Shown piece after piece: positions 12,589 through 25,190 of a stretch of 64,000 nucleotides of DNA. The position numbers and the translations under genes are program-made. Numbering within the stretch: position 1 is the first letter of the stretch; every line of letters starts with the position of its first letter. Origin of the DNA: Spizellomyces punctatus DAOM BR117 (Eukaryota); NCBI GenBank assembly GCA_000182565.2, contig KQ257452.1. One strand, given 5' to 3'. The notes beneath the pieces are model-generated. The model was not told the DNA's origin and searched no databases. It worked only from the letters and a program-made list of their open reading frames with translations.

Positions 12589-12772
12589 ATACCGGTTGGG
12601 AACACACGCAGCAGTCTTCGGCATTTTTTGTCAAGACAGACACAATTGCTGGGCTTTGTGTGAGGAAGAGGGGCACAGTGGGACTAGATTCCGGTTTTAT
12701 CGAATCACAATACAGACATCATACGCAGAGTCGATGATGTCAATTTCATGCAGCTGTGTTCACAGCAAAAAT

Positions 12773-14382
12773 CTATCGATACCAGTCCCGGAGCTTCTCA
12801 CAGTTTTGCATCTTCATCTCCTGGGCTGCTCGAAGCTTTTTCTCATCCACCGTAAACCATCCATTTGCTTGTGCAATGCGGAAGCGCTTGATCTCTTGTT
12901 CTTGAGCGCAGAGATGCTGAAGGTTGCGATGCCACTAGGTACATATTTGTAAGGTATGTAATCCGCAGCACGTGTCGCATCTTCAAAAGGCATACCTCGG
13001 TTTCAACATCCTGCTCGTACTTCTGCAACTTGTCATGCCTAGCTTTTGAGCCATCCCATCTGTTCCATGCTTTTGCGTTAACAAAGTATGGGACGCTCCG
13101 TGACTCGGTGGCCCGGCGAAGATTGTACTGTGGGGAGGTTGCGAAAGAAAAATTCGGTTCTGGATCTCCTCCAGGGAGGAGGCCCGAGAACAGAGCCGAT
13201 AGTAATGGGAAAACGAACAATACAATGACAGGGAGGAGATGGAAGAATTGCAGAACTTGGGCCTGGCCAGCTGTAGGATGATGTTGATGTGCGTGCGGGT
13301 TACGCCGGAATGATTGCGTACGGAATCCAGGGCCTGTAGTAAAACTGTGCATGCGAATTCCTAGATTCAAGAGAACTTGTGAAAAGGGGCTCCTTGGCAC
13401 TCAACCCCTTAGAAATGACCCCTTACCTGACCCTCCCATGCCCCCCATGTCCCCGAAAAACATATTGAACAAATCCTCCGGACTGATCTCACTTTCAAAT
13501 GGTGATCCGCCAAATCCTTGCCCGCCAAACCCGCCGCCACCACCGCCTCCCCGTGAAGTTTCAGAATCTACTCCAAATCGATCATACTTTGCACGCTTAT
13601 CGGTATCCCCCAGAACCGCAAAGGCGTGTCCGATTGCTGATAGTTTGGAAAGATTCATTACCCTGTTTTGATACGATAGGACTGCGTATTTGAGTTGTCT
13701 TACCTTTAAAAGCATCGTCTGTCCCTGGTGCTCCACATTTATCAGGATGGAATTGCAAAGCCAACTGTCCCCACACTGTTAACTGCAAGGCAGCAGAAGA
13801 TAGGAACCGTAGAACTCGAATAACCCACCTTTCGATACGCCTTCTTGATTTCAATTTCTGCGCATCCTTTCTCCAGTCCCAAGATAGCGTACAAGTCGCC
13901 TTTGGCTTTACAAGCTTTGATTCGCTTTATACCCTCAACCTGATCCGGTGTAAAGGGACGAGACGGACCAGCGTCTTCGCTGTCAGCACTGTTTGCAGAT
14001 GCCAATGAAGTTGCGCGTTTCCGGCTTGTCGCTGCCGAAGGTCGTGCGCTGGAAGAAGTGGAGGAGGATGTTGCTGAGGAGGCGTGTGCGTGCTTTTTGA
14101 GAAATGCCAACTGTTTGACATGGAATGTTAGAGCGTGGGAAGGTCCAGTCACAAAATAACATAGGTAAAATATGCTTCAGCTGCAACGGCAGATGATATA
14201 CTACGGATCTGCCTAATGGGCACGGTCTAAACAATAATGCTTACCCAGTCAATGCCTTCCGCAGTCTCGCAGAGTGCTATACTCTTGTTTGCAAATTTCA
14301 ACGCCGCGTCTGTGTTGCCGCTCTGGAACTTGTCTTTTGAGATTTGCAGGCAACGTAAAGCCTCGTCTTTGTTCATAGACAT
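12773..14382 (-). CDS. ER-membrane J-domain co-chaperone (DNAJB12/14, Hlj1-like), multi-exon
   Basis: MNKDEALRC N-terminus, J domain with LALQFHPDK...AFK..IGHAFAVLGD, G/F region ISPEDLFNMFFG, TM segment, DUF1977-like C-terminus. Confidence 0.93.
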
Positions 14383-14507
14383 TGTTTGTGAAACCCGATT
14401 GGGATGAACCTCAAAATCTGGGCCGGTTCGCGATCGCTGCAAACGTCGTTCAATCCCACAAGCAAGTGACAAACAGGAATCCGGCCACATCTGGCAAATT
14501 ATGGCGC

Positions 14508-14515
14508 TGACGTGG
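14508..14515. promoter_or_regulatory. UPRE/CRE-like TGACGTGG element upstream of the ER J-protein gene
   Basis: Exact TGACGTGG about 125 bp upstream of the ATG at 14382; motif match only. Confidence 0.3.
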
Positions 14516-15440
14516 CGCGTGGCGGAAACTCAGATAACAATGTTCGTCTTTTGCGACTGAAGACTTTTGGAAATTTGGAAAAGCACAAGACGACAAACTA
14601 GCCCAAAGTATGCTATGGTAAACAAGCTTCTACTATGGGTCTTGCACGCGCAAAACGCAACGGTTGGTCTAATGCAGACTGTACGACAAGTGGTGGTTGT
14701 CAACATGATTTGCATCTTGACGTCGGGGCAGGTAGCAAGTGGGAAGATATTTCAGATGCTAACAGTATGGGGATGTACAGACACACCTGTAACGAGGCTG
14801 CAATAGGAGCTTGATTGCTTGGTTGGTAGTACAGTTTTGGGTCGAAAGAGGAGGTAGCTTTTGGCCCGCCCAAAGTCAGCTTGAGCGAGTTTGCAAAGAT
14901 CGACGATGATGGAAACGCAAGAGAACGAATCCTTGTAGAACAAGAATACCACTGTCTCCTGTGGCAAAAAGTAACTGTGCGCCCCTGTCATCCTTGGTAT
15001 TTGGAACCGAGCTTTACGACTTGGATGTAGCAAACATTGTGATTCTGGCGTGAGTGCTTTGCAACTGGTGGTAAGACTCAAGCCATTTTGTAAACGCCAA
15101 GACTTTTAGGCCTGTCGAACAGGAATGCTGTGTCGATGTCTCATGGGCCGTAGTTTATCCTCCAAACTGAAATTCCTCCAGCTCTGGCGATTGCGTAAGC
15201 AAACCGCGTGAGCTTAGCTGACTTAGCTTTTTAAGCGAACGTGAGCCCTGGTGGGAAGGAAAGGCCAAACCAAGGCGGCGTCAGGATTTCCAAAGTCATC
15301 CGTGTGCAGAGGGGGCTCGTTGTGGCCGGATTTTGCTAAAGTCCTATAGGCATAAACTAAAATAGGACCACTCTGGTAAAGAGTGGGGCCCAAGTACAAG
15401 CACAGGGCTGTTCCTGTTTCCGCTTGTGCAGAATTGCTGA

Positions 15441-18400
15441 ATGGATCACGCTCAAAATACTCCCTGGCAGCAAACGTCTGCCTCCCAAACCCCGTCCTCT
15501 TCGGCCGCTTCACCTTTTGGTGGCATAATGTCAACTATGACTCCATATGGAGCCCCCACAAGTGTGCAGGCGCTTCTTTCTGCCCAACGAAATGTGCTAT
15601 CCTCCGCTCCACCAAATCAACCGCCGCAGTCGCAGCAGTTCTACACTTATCAGCTGCATCCGCAGCCTCTGCAATATCTCGTCCCGTCGACGCTGTCAGG
15701 CGCCAACTCTTCCGTATCCTTTCCTGTAACGATAACAACTCCTTATGGTAAGGGCAGCACATCCGCTAGCATAAAAAACTAGGACTGTTTTCATTTGATG
15801 TGAGACAAAGATAAAAATGCTGACAACCGGAAAGCAATCCAACTGTACATGGTTGTGGAGCATTATCGGAATATATCAAAATTCTGATTTTCTCAATGAT
15901 ATCACAAACACTGTTCGCATGCCAAGGTTCTAGCAACCGTCGGGTGCACATCGTTAACAACAGCAAAGAAATTGATTTTCGTCGTCACAAGCTGATCCTA
16001 TGATGTGCCATTTTCGCAGAGAATTCCTCAACTTACCTAAGAAAGAAATTCAGCCCAGAACAAACCGATTTCATGAGAAAGAAATTCGATGAGAATCCTA
16101 AACCTTCTGATCAGATCTATAAGGAAATTAGCCAGACTGTTGGTCTTTCGGAGAAACAAGTAGTGTGCACAATTTCTGAGATGGGTTGGTATGGGATTCG
16201 TGTAGCTAAATCTGTCTCCCGGCAGGTCAAAGACTGGTTTGTGCGAGAGCGAACGAAGAAGAAGAATGCGAATAATGCCGTGTCAATGCCTACACCAGCG
16301 GCAACTCCAGTAACGATACCAGCGCCATCAGCTATAGCCTCTTCATTTGGACCAACGGTGACCAATCCAATGAGCCTTGGGCACTTCCCGTTCAACCCTA
16401 GCGCGACTACGACATATAACCCAATCGTCCCCAACACACCTGTTGGAGTCTCCGTGGCCCAACCAGTGGCAAATGCTCCTTTTATTTCAGCAGTAGCAGC
16501 CCAATATACTCCAAGTAGCAGTATACCGACAGTGCCGCATCCCTCAGCAATTGCATCCTCTTCGACCAGTAACTCATCACTGGCAGCGCCGACCGTCAAT
16601 GCATATGAGGCATATACCCCACTGGGAACGACCAGCCAAAACACTACGGTTGCCGCACCAACAAGTAGCACGAACGTCTCGATGTCTGCACCGATGCCAT
16701 CGGGAAATTCCGTATATCCAACATATTCCGCGTTTCCCGTCGCTGCAGCAAGTGCAAATATGAATGTTGTACCAGCGACGAATGCAACTCATGTGTCTAC
16801 AATTTCGCCCCAAAGTGTCAATACATCTGCTGTCCCAACAGATGGAAATCTAGTACTACCATCGGGAATGACCGTCAGTGTAAACAGTCCATCAACAAAT
16901 CCAATCTTGCCATATAGCATACCGGCTGCCACCAACAGCGTCGATGTAGACTTCAAGTCCCGAGTAGCGCAATTATTGGAGACTCACAAGTATCTTCAAG
17001 AAAGACATGGTTGCAATCTTCCTTTCTCTGCCATGTATCCTTCTCTTTGGGCATCCGCCCTACCGTCGACATTTTCGGGAGCTCAGAGCATGCCTCCGAA
17101 CAATTCAATGCCTGGTTCACTGAACGGGTGGCAAACAACTGGTGTGCAACCATCAGCAAGGGAAACAAATGCAACAGAAGTTGCTAGAAGTGAGCCACTG
17201 GAGACGGAGACTTTCCAGCTACCTGAAGACGGCGGCATGCGTGCAGATTCTCCTGTGTCCGAAGATGTAAGCAGCTCGGCAATAGATGTGAAGAGTAACG
17301 CACATACTTACTCGGTATGGTTTATAATAGGAAGGATCAGGGGAGACTCTTTTGGCACCTTTTCTGACCGAAGATGGACAAGTGAAAGATAACTCTTCCG
17401 CTCAAACACTGGCGAAGCAGTTGGCGCGAGCCACGGTCTGGCAAGAAAGAATTCCGATATTAAATGCTTTTGAGAAAACCTCAAACAAAGAAGTCTTTGC
17501 GAGGTAAGCTCCTTTTACAATTGTACTGTGACATCGATCTTTTTTAATGACGCTCTGTCGTCTATGTCAAATAGCTTTTTGAAGAGGCAAGGATTAAAAA
17601 CAATGACCAAAATGTTACTGAAGGCCAAAGACACAATACACGAGAACAATGTGGCTACCTGTGCTATTGTGGCGCTCAAAGTCCTTCTCAAATTGCCGGT
17701 AGAGTTGAGTGATTTGCGCGAGATGAAAACAGGGAAGCTGGTCAAGTACTTTGCATCCATAGACGCTGGGATGCAATCCCCTGGTAAGATCGGGATCTTA
17801 CGCCGATGTTACTATACGTGTCGCGCTCATGACTATTTTGTTTGTCTTTGCCAGCCGTCCATGACGCTGCTGGGTCTGTAATGCGCAGCTGGCAGGCGCT
17901 GATCGGTAAAGCAAGCGCCGACAAAGCTGACGAGAAAAAGCGTATCAGAGATGATTCTAGTGGTGGAGCAGCCAAGAAGACAAAAGTGGTGGACGGACCG
18001 AAGAAGGCCCCTGCAGAGGCGGACCGTAAAGTCGTTCAAGCTGTGGATAATTTCGACATCTTTAAGTCGCTATCACATGCAGCCTTACCAAAGATTAAGA
18101 AAGCCGAAAAACCGGTTGCAGCAAACTCGGATGCTCCCGTATCAACTGAATCAGTGAAAGAGACTACCCCTGTAGATGACATGGCAGAATCCAGGTGCGC
18201 CTCGTCGGTATACCAGCGAATTTGTTTATGGACATTCATTGACCACTTGTCTTTTCTTGCAGTCCTACATCAACCGCTAATTCTTCGTTACTCATTGATG
18301 CTGACAAGATACCCAGCTACCGCAGCACTAACGAGAAAAGCGAAGAAACGCCAGCATCGGTAAATGAAGCCAAGCCAAAAAAGAAGCGAGTTAGGTTTGC

Positions 18401-19820
18401 CGAAGCGGACAAACTTGTTTCGGTGCGATATTTCGAGAAATTCGAGCCAACTCAGGAGGAAGAGAGAGAGGTGGGTAATACTTATAGTGCCACCGAGTCA
18501 CGGATGGGCGCTGATGACTGTTTGATATATTTTGCAGGCGTTTAACATTACACCACATGAGCGTGGTAACGCGCGCGATTTCGATCGCCAAGAGGGGCAT
18601 AGAGCGTTCAGACGCGAACTAATAGCATCAAGAGATTGGGTAGCTCCGTCTGGTGAGTCAGGGTATATAGACGTCACTCCTGACAGGATACTAGGGACTC
18701 ACACCAGCTTCACCTTGACCTCCAGTCATCAGCTGGCCAGTTTCCTATGAATGGGGCCGCGACTCCACGGAAGCCACAGCGCAGCAAGACCGTGTACGCG
18801 GAATTCTCAGCGCCACGTACTTCTCGGAGGACCAAATTCCGTACTCTCCTGCTGAACCTCCAGAAGAACAGGAAACTAGTGCGGTGATCCCACCAAGGAT
18901 CATTCTGGTGGACGATCAGCAGAGTGTGGTACGTGCAACGCATCCCGGGAACGTAAATAAGTTGCTAATCCGACTGTGGCTCTTTCTTAGAATCCAACAT
19001 TGGACGTCGCAGGACAAGCGACGGATCCCAATGTTGCTATGAATCTAGGTACAAGCAATCTGGATGTAAGCGGGCTTTTGAATGCGCTGTCATCACAGCA
19101 GCCGAGTGTACTGGGTGCGATTGCTGGGCTACCAGCGCAGAATGTTGCACCCGTACCGAATCAGATGGACCTTGGGACCACATTGTTGTCTGCACTCAGT
19201 TCCCTTAGTATGCCCAGCGCGCTACCACAGGCGTCATTGCAGCCCGACCCTAACGCACCGATTAACGCACAAGCAATTCTAATACAGTCGCTTCTTTCGG
19301 TGAGTAACATCATTACGAGGAGTTCAAACGATGGTTGCTAAATCGTTGCGTCATATAGCAATTGGGTGGCCAGAATGCGGTATCTCCGGCGAGTATCCCA
19401 AATCCCGTGGGCTTACCATTGTCGTCTTCCCAGACCGAACAGCCACATCAGCAGCGACAGCTTCTAAATTCCCTCACTTCACAATTTGGACAAAACAGCA
19501 CCCAATCTCTGTCACAACACGTACAACCACAACAACAAAACCAAGGGCAGAATGGACGTCCTAACTCGCGATGGGGTCCACGAGGAGGACAACCTGACTC
19601 GATGCACCGCTCTCATCGAGGCGGCCACCGACCGGGTCCTTACGAGCGGCCTGATCGGGGACGTGGAGGGATTCAGCAAGGGCGTGGACGTGGTGGCGTA
19701 ATCAATCATCGTGCACGCGGAACCAAGAGTTGTTTTTTCTACACACAGGGCTATTGTAGAGCTGGAGAAGCCTGTACATTCCGACATGACGTGCCTCCAG
19801 CGTCAGAAGGTGGAACGTGA
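15441..19820 (+). CDS. PP1 regulatory subunit PNUTS/PPP1R10 orthologue with an N-terminal homeodomain (homeodomain, TFIIS-N, RVxF, CCCH), multi-exon
   Basis: Homeodomain RKKFSPEQ...GLSEKQ|VKDWFVRERTKKK; TND LAPFLTEDGQVK...LKLPVELSDLREMKTGKLVK...MRSW; KKKRVRFAEADKLVSVRYFE; NARDFDRQEG; C-terminal CFFYTQGYCRAGEACTFRH. Confidence 0.88.
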
Positions 19821-22305
19821 ATAATTGTGATTATGAAAGCCGACGTATTGGAACCACGCAAAAAGGATCGTCCTTGATGGTAATTTAGTATGATATGTAT
19901 ATAAAGTACCCCGTTTGCAGCCAACGGCTCGTCCGCCTGTAGAACCCTCCTCTCCACTATCCATTACATTTCACTTGATCAGTGGTCCACGCACCTGATA
20001 TTATCTTTTCAAACACTGTCATCAGTCAGCAGTCAGCATCCTCACAACAGAACCAGTGTGTAATAGACAATGTTCAGTCTCTAGTCCAAAAGTATCATGT
20101 AGCGAACGAAGACAGCACAATCAAGAAAGGTTGCAAATGCAGATAAGAGTGTCGGACTTATCACGGATTTGTCGCATCATGCTCTGTATAAATTTCCGTA
20201 TGTCAGAAACAAAAAACATGTCATTTTGTATCGGCATAGTCGGCATTTCCAATATGGCATAATTTGCATGACCAGCGTTGCAATAGTGAGCGACTTGTTC
20301 GCTGATATCAGTGTTTTCAATGTACCAAAATTTATTCTGTAGTTATTAAATCCATAGACGAACTAGCAGATTGCCTCTAGTTTGGTTGTTAACTCCAATA
20401 CGGTTTTGTCTGTATTGGAAGTAACAAATGTTCATAAATAATGCTTGTGCAACATGTCCGAAGATGCCGCGCCACATCGCGCTCGGACGTATGTAGGTGG
20501 AGACCCAAATACCTGTTGACTACAAATCGAGATTTGATATCTATACATAAGAATGCAGGCAGATTGAGTTCAGATATATGTGATACCCAATGCCCGTCGT
20601 GCTCTTGGTTGGCCTACTATTAATAACAGTCGCATCTCTTGTGAGACGTCCTGTGAGAGTCGATGGAGACAAAATATATCACAATGTACCAGGAAGGAAT
20701 GTCCGCTGCATTAAATGCGCCAAGCCGTATAAAGAAACGCAAAGCGGCTAAAGGCCTCTCGACGTGTCGCTCTCAAATGTCGACAAAGGTACTTTGTCTC
20801 AGCCATTTCTGAGGGTACGTCGCATTGCAAGAGTAAATGTTGTTCTGATTTTGAGAGTCGAAAGAGAACCATGCATTTAATGCAAGCACAGATTTACAAC
20901 AGGGTTTCCTATTTCCCCGTCCTTTCTGGACTTCCTCATTCTGCTTGCCGCAGGATTCTTCCAACTTTCTATCCCACCCACCAGCTGACCAAGGCCGGGA
21001 TTGTGGATAACTTTCAATTTGCTGGCCAGTGCGGCGTAGTCTCGTTGGTGGCCATATTATGTTGACATGCAATTGAAAGTATTGAATATTGCATTCATTC
21101 GTTACCTTCACTGTTTTTATCATACAAACATCCAGTTTGGATGCTGTGGTGTATAAATAGGCGCTTCTGGATATTCTCCCATGTGTCAATGAGCCTTATA
21201 ACCGCTTTGCCATGACAAGCGCAACTTTGTCTGAAGACTCTCGTCCACACGCCCGTTACATCGTGCAGGATGATGATGTGGAAGTGGTGATTTTGGATGA
21301 TGGCCGACTTTATACTTCACAAGGAAACGGTCGAACGATTTGAGCCAGACAGTTCTGCGGTGTTGGTAATTGACGAAATATCATCCAGAACTTTGGCATC
21401 ATTGGCACTACCTCTCTGCCTAAGCTACTGGAGCTGCTCGAGGAGTGGCTTCAGCTTGCTTCGGTGTTGACCAATGTCGCGGTAGCAAGGACAGCCAGAT
21501 ACCGGATACAGTAGAGGATCTCCAGGACATCGAAATACAGCGTGACAACACCAGAAGACTGCTCCGGTTTCCCAATGAATGTTTTCAGTGTTTCAAAGTT
21601 TTGGCTGTGACCAGCGCAGAAGTCTCTGAGAAACACTGTTGACTGCCGGGAACATTTATCTCCATGCCGCTTGATGTCCTCGAGTTTCAATATCGTCGAT
21701 CTTATTCGTTGAAAAGGATGACCCGATGCAAACCTCTTCGATCCTTACGTACAAGCACAACTAACGGTTGTTTTTTCACTCTATCTGCTCCTCAACTTCT
21801 TTTAGTAATGGGCAGTATCATTAGTGCATCATCCAAGAATTACAGCGTCTGCTGCTTGCTGCATTACGCTTACTGAAAGAAGCAGAAAAGGTTGGGTGTT
21901 TGGGTGCGCTGGAATCTGTCCAACGCTATCAATGCTACCAACAGGATAGTTTTGGCATTGGTATTCAAACCAAGGATGACGACGGTCTATTGTGGTATGA
22001 ATGAAATACGTGCAATATAGCTTGTTCCCTTGCCAGTGTGGAGGGAGGGTGTTTGGGCGTAGGGACTGAACGTCTTCTCCGTTCAGATGTACACGCATCT
22101 ATGTGCTAGTATGCATGCAAACCGCTCATGTCCACACTCTCCAGCTTTGTGTTTCAAGTGCTATTTGACATCATCCATTGGCCCTTTCTTTATCCACCCC
22201 TTCATCCAGATGGACCATATCTGAGCAGGTTGAACGACGACAAGTGTCCATAGCAGGTGACGTCGCATAAAGTACGCTTATGTAAGCACTAAGTGCGCGT
22301 TATAG

Positions 22306-22337
22306 TGACGTCAACGCTCGACCCAACGCTATAAAAG
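22306..22337 (+). promoter_or_regulatory. CRE palindrome (TGACGTCA, 22306-22313) plus TATA box (TATAAAAG, 22330-22337)
   Basis: Exact motifs about 100-135 bp upstream of the ATG at 22440; a second near-CRE TGACGTCG lies at 22258. Confidence 0.55.
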
Positions 22338-22439
22338 CACCCAGCTGGTCGTTCATTCGTACTTGCTCACATAGCAAACAAATCCAACACTATCACACCA
22401 TCATCCAGATTTTTTAAAGCGGTCACCAAAGTAGTTACC

Positions 22440-22667
22440 ATGTCTTCGAAAAACGACAACCACAACGCCTCGTCTACCGACTCCACCACAGAAGGCATGA
22501 CCACCAAGCCGGGCGGAAAGCACCTCGCAGCCAGTGCATCAAAGTCAACATCTCGACCCCACAACAAGGACCCCAACGAATACCCTCCCAATGTGAGATC
22601 AACTGGTAATAATCAAGGCACTGGGAAATCACAGACGCATAAGGCGGGAGTTAAGGGACGGTCTTGA
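22440..22667 (+). CDS. Small hydrophilic protein (hydrophilin-like), 75 aa
   Basis: ATG in good context (ACCATG), upstream TATA and CRE, S/T/K/N/G-rich sequence with almost no hydrophobic residues. Confidence 0.6.
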   Translation: MSSKNDNHNASSTDSTTEGMTTKPGGKHLAASASKSTSRPHNKDPNEYPPNVRSTGNNQGTGKSQTHKAGVKGRS

Positions 22668-22969
22668 TCATTCACTTTGTACCGACGTTTGAAATATTCA
22701 AGGACATGCACAGTATGTAGATTCTCTATGTGTTGGACTGGAGGGCTCTTTGTAGCTGTCGTTGCTTGATTGTAATATATACCACATTCTTGTTGAGGGT
22801 GTGAGTTTGTAATATATGTGGTTAGCCATACAAGATATTTGGTCTTTCCAAAAACCCAAAATTTATTTCCATCATCAGAACTTTGCATAGAACGTTATAT
22901 AACTTGCACTGACGCAGCCATCAATGCTCATCACAGTCAACGGTGGGACGGTACGTGCTCGACACTACT

Positions 22970-24414
22970 CTAAAGTCTATGTGACATGGCGTAGTTACCG
23001 GTAACTCCACTATTTACGCTAACCTCTGAGACTGTTTTTGCCAACTGCCGTACATCTTGCTCCGTCGCAAGTGCTAGACAATGCCATGGTACCATTCCAG
23101 AGGAGTTTTGATCGCGTCCTTCTTTCTTGAGGTCTTCTTGATCATTGGTCTTTGACTTCGCTTTTGGCATCCATTTGCGAGTCTCAGCTCCCGCTTTCTC
23201 CTTGCCCTTTTTGAACTTGAATTTTAATGGGTCCTGAGAATGGACGAGTGTCCACCCATCTTCAAAGAAGGCATCGACTACCACATAGTCGCCTCGACGA
23301 AGATTCATTTCGTCGGGTTGCTCTGGCTTATGTGCAAATACGGCTTTGCAAAGAATGCCAGCCTCTCTTGGTGGTCGCCATGTAGAGGAGCCGCCAGCAA
23401 ATCGTGGAGGCGGGCCAGTGTACGTGCGGACGGCTGGCTTTGGCACCGTGGTCTCCAGGTTGCTCTGTGATGACGAACTAGATCGTGACTTGGCGGAGGT
23501 CCCACTTGGGCTTTTGAGGTCTTCCAACGTTCCAGATGAGAATAACAATGGGCCATCGGAGTATACGGACTTGTTACTTCCACCATACTCTGTAGATCCA
23601 TTATCGGATACATCCGATCCTGTTTGCGGGTCTCTCGATTTCGGTCCTTTTTTGACCGCTTTCGCCATCCACTCTTGAACTTTTGTCCCTTTCTCTTGCA
23701 TCTGCTCCGAGTCTCTACCAACCTCCCATGCTTTTCCCTTTCTTTTGCTTCGCATTACGCGTCGATGTCGTTTGAACCACACCAGGCCACCCATACCGAC
23801 AATGACGACCGCTGCCGTTGCTGTAACTGGGCCTACATAACTTGGTACACCTCCCCCGTTATTGGCCGCTGTGGTCTGGCAGGAACCAATGTCATTGGCT
23901 AGGAAGACATTCGAAAGCGAGCCCATGGCACCGTCAGGGGACGTCAGTGTCCAAGGTCCTTCATTAGCAATAACAGCTGAAGATGGCACAGAGTAGGTGT
24001 ATCGACTTAAGCTCCACTCCACAGGTGTGGTTGTGACGTTACAGCGGCTTCCTGCGGGTGTCTATTTAAGTTGTCAGTGTTATTTTCTTTCGCGGTCACT
24101 TCCGCCAAGTTGCTCCTACTTACCGCTAACTCGAGCATCAGTCTTTGGGCTGCTGCTGGCCGTAGGCCTTCCCACGTTATTGTTACTGGTTTTTCTCTTT
24201 GAAGATACCATCCCTCCGGCCCACCGGCCAGAACACCCCGGCACGCAAACGAAGAGGCATCGACCTTGTGCTCCACAAACCCAAGCCCTGTTCCAGGCGA
24301 GTTAGGTGGGACTGGGACAGCTTCCGCTCCAGTCAGGACTGATATGGCAATCCAGAAAAGGCACACTGGGAGGAATGAATGAGGACGGCATTGGAGTACT
24401 AGTGTGCTGGTCAT
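22970..24414 (-). CDS. Type I membrane protein with cytoplasmic SH3 domain (2 exons)
   Basis: Signal-like FLPVCLFWIAISVLTGAEA; a GTAAGT...AATAG intron joins ELA|TPAGSRC; TM VTATAAVVIVGMGGLVWF followed by KRHRR; SH3 AVFAHKPEQPDEMNLRRGD..V..FFEDGW...GMVPWHCL. Confidence 0.8.
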
Positions 24415-25190
24415 TGCGGCGTTGGTCGCCGTCGTTCTCAGTACACAAGGATAATTCTTTGGATTACTTGCGGAGGGTGCCCAAGAGGGATAACGTAACG
24501 GCAAACCTCCCCTTGCACCGCCGCTCATTTCGCACACTTCTTTTGTTGAACGAAGCCAGCCGTTTCGTTTTTGCTTATCTGAACTCCACCTTCATTGGAT
24601 TCTGCATTCCAACCACATTAGAAACCTGCCGATCAGGCCATGAACATAAACAAAACACACTTAACAGAGTACAGAGTAGTGTATTTCTGTCTTGACCCGC
24701 TGTGGTGACGCTGGGGCAAGTATTAAGTCTATAAAGTCCACTCTTTTCTTCTTTTTCTTTTCACTGCTCAATCTCGCAACGAGTGCTCATTGCAAGGTTT
24801 CCGTCCTGATATGAGGGTATGGTCTGGAGCGATACAGCTCTCCTTTGAATCTGCACCTACTTGGCAATCTCTTATTGTAAACATACCTAACGTTTATCGT
24901 TCTTGTCAATAATGGAGCTGCATGCTGACGTCCTTTGCAGCCGGAAGTTAAAGGTGCCCCTTCTTGAGATAACTCAATGCTCCAAAAGTTGGCTGGTGAA
25001 GAGAATAAAACCAGTTCTAGTGTCAAGTGTGGGGAGTGTGCTTCTGCGCACAAAGTCATGCGACTAAGCCACGGTCAGCCGCGCTCACCTGACGCAATTT
25101 ACCTTAAAAGAGTATTATTAATTCAGCGCGCTTCTTTCTCGCCCCCGTCCTTCCAGATCACCCTCGTCGTCACCCTCTTAACTTGAGAAG

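Noticed and set aside
14501-14608. In-frame TGA after FCD (possible CxU selenoprotein)
   Set aside because: No similarity to a selenoprotein family and no SECIS element that I can recognise.
15714-16045. U12-type donor GTATCCTTT (15714) with branch-like TTCCTCAAC (16024) and in-frame AG (16045)
   Set aside because: The standard GTAAGG...TTTTCGCAG intron gives a clean frame and preserves homeodomain Arg5, whereas the U12 reading would delete it. It is probably coincidental without junction reads.
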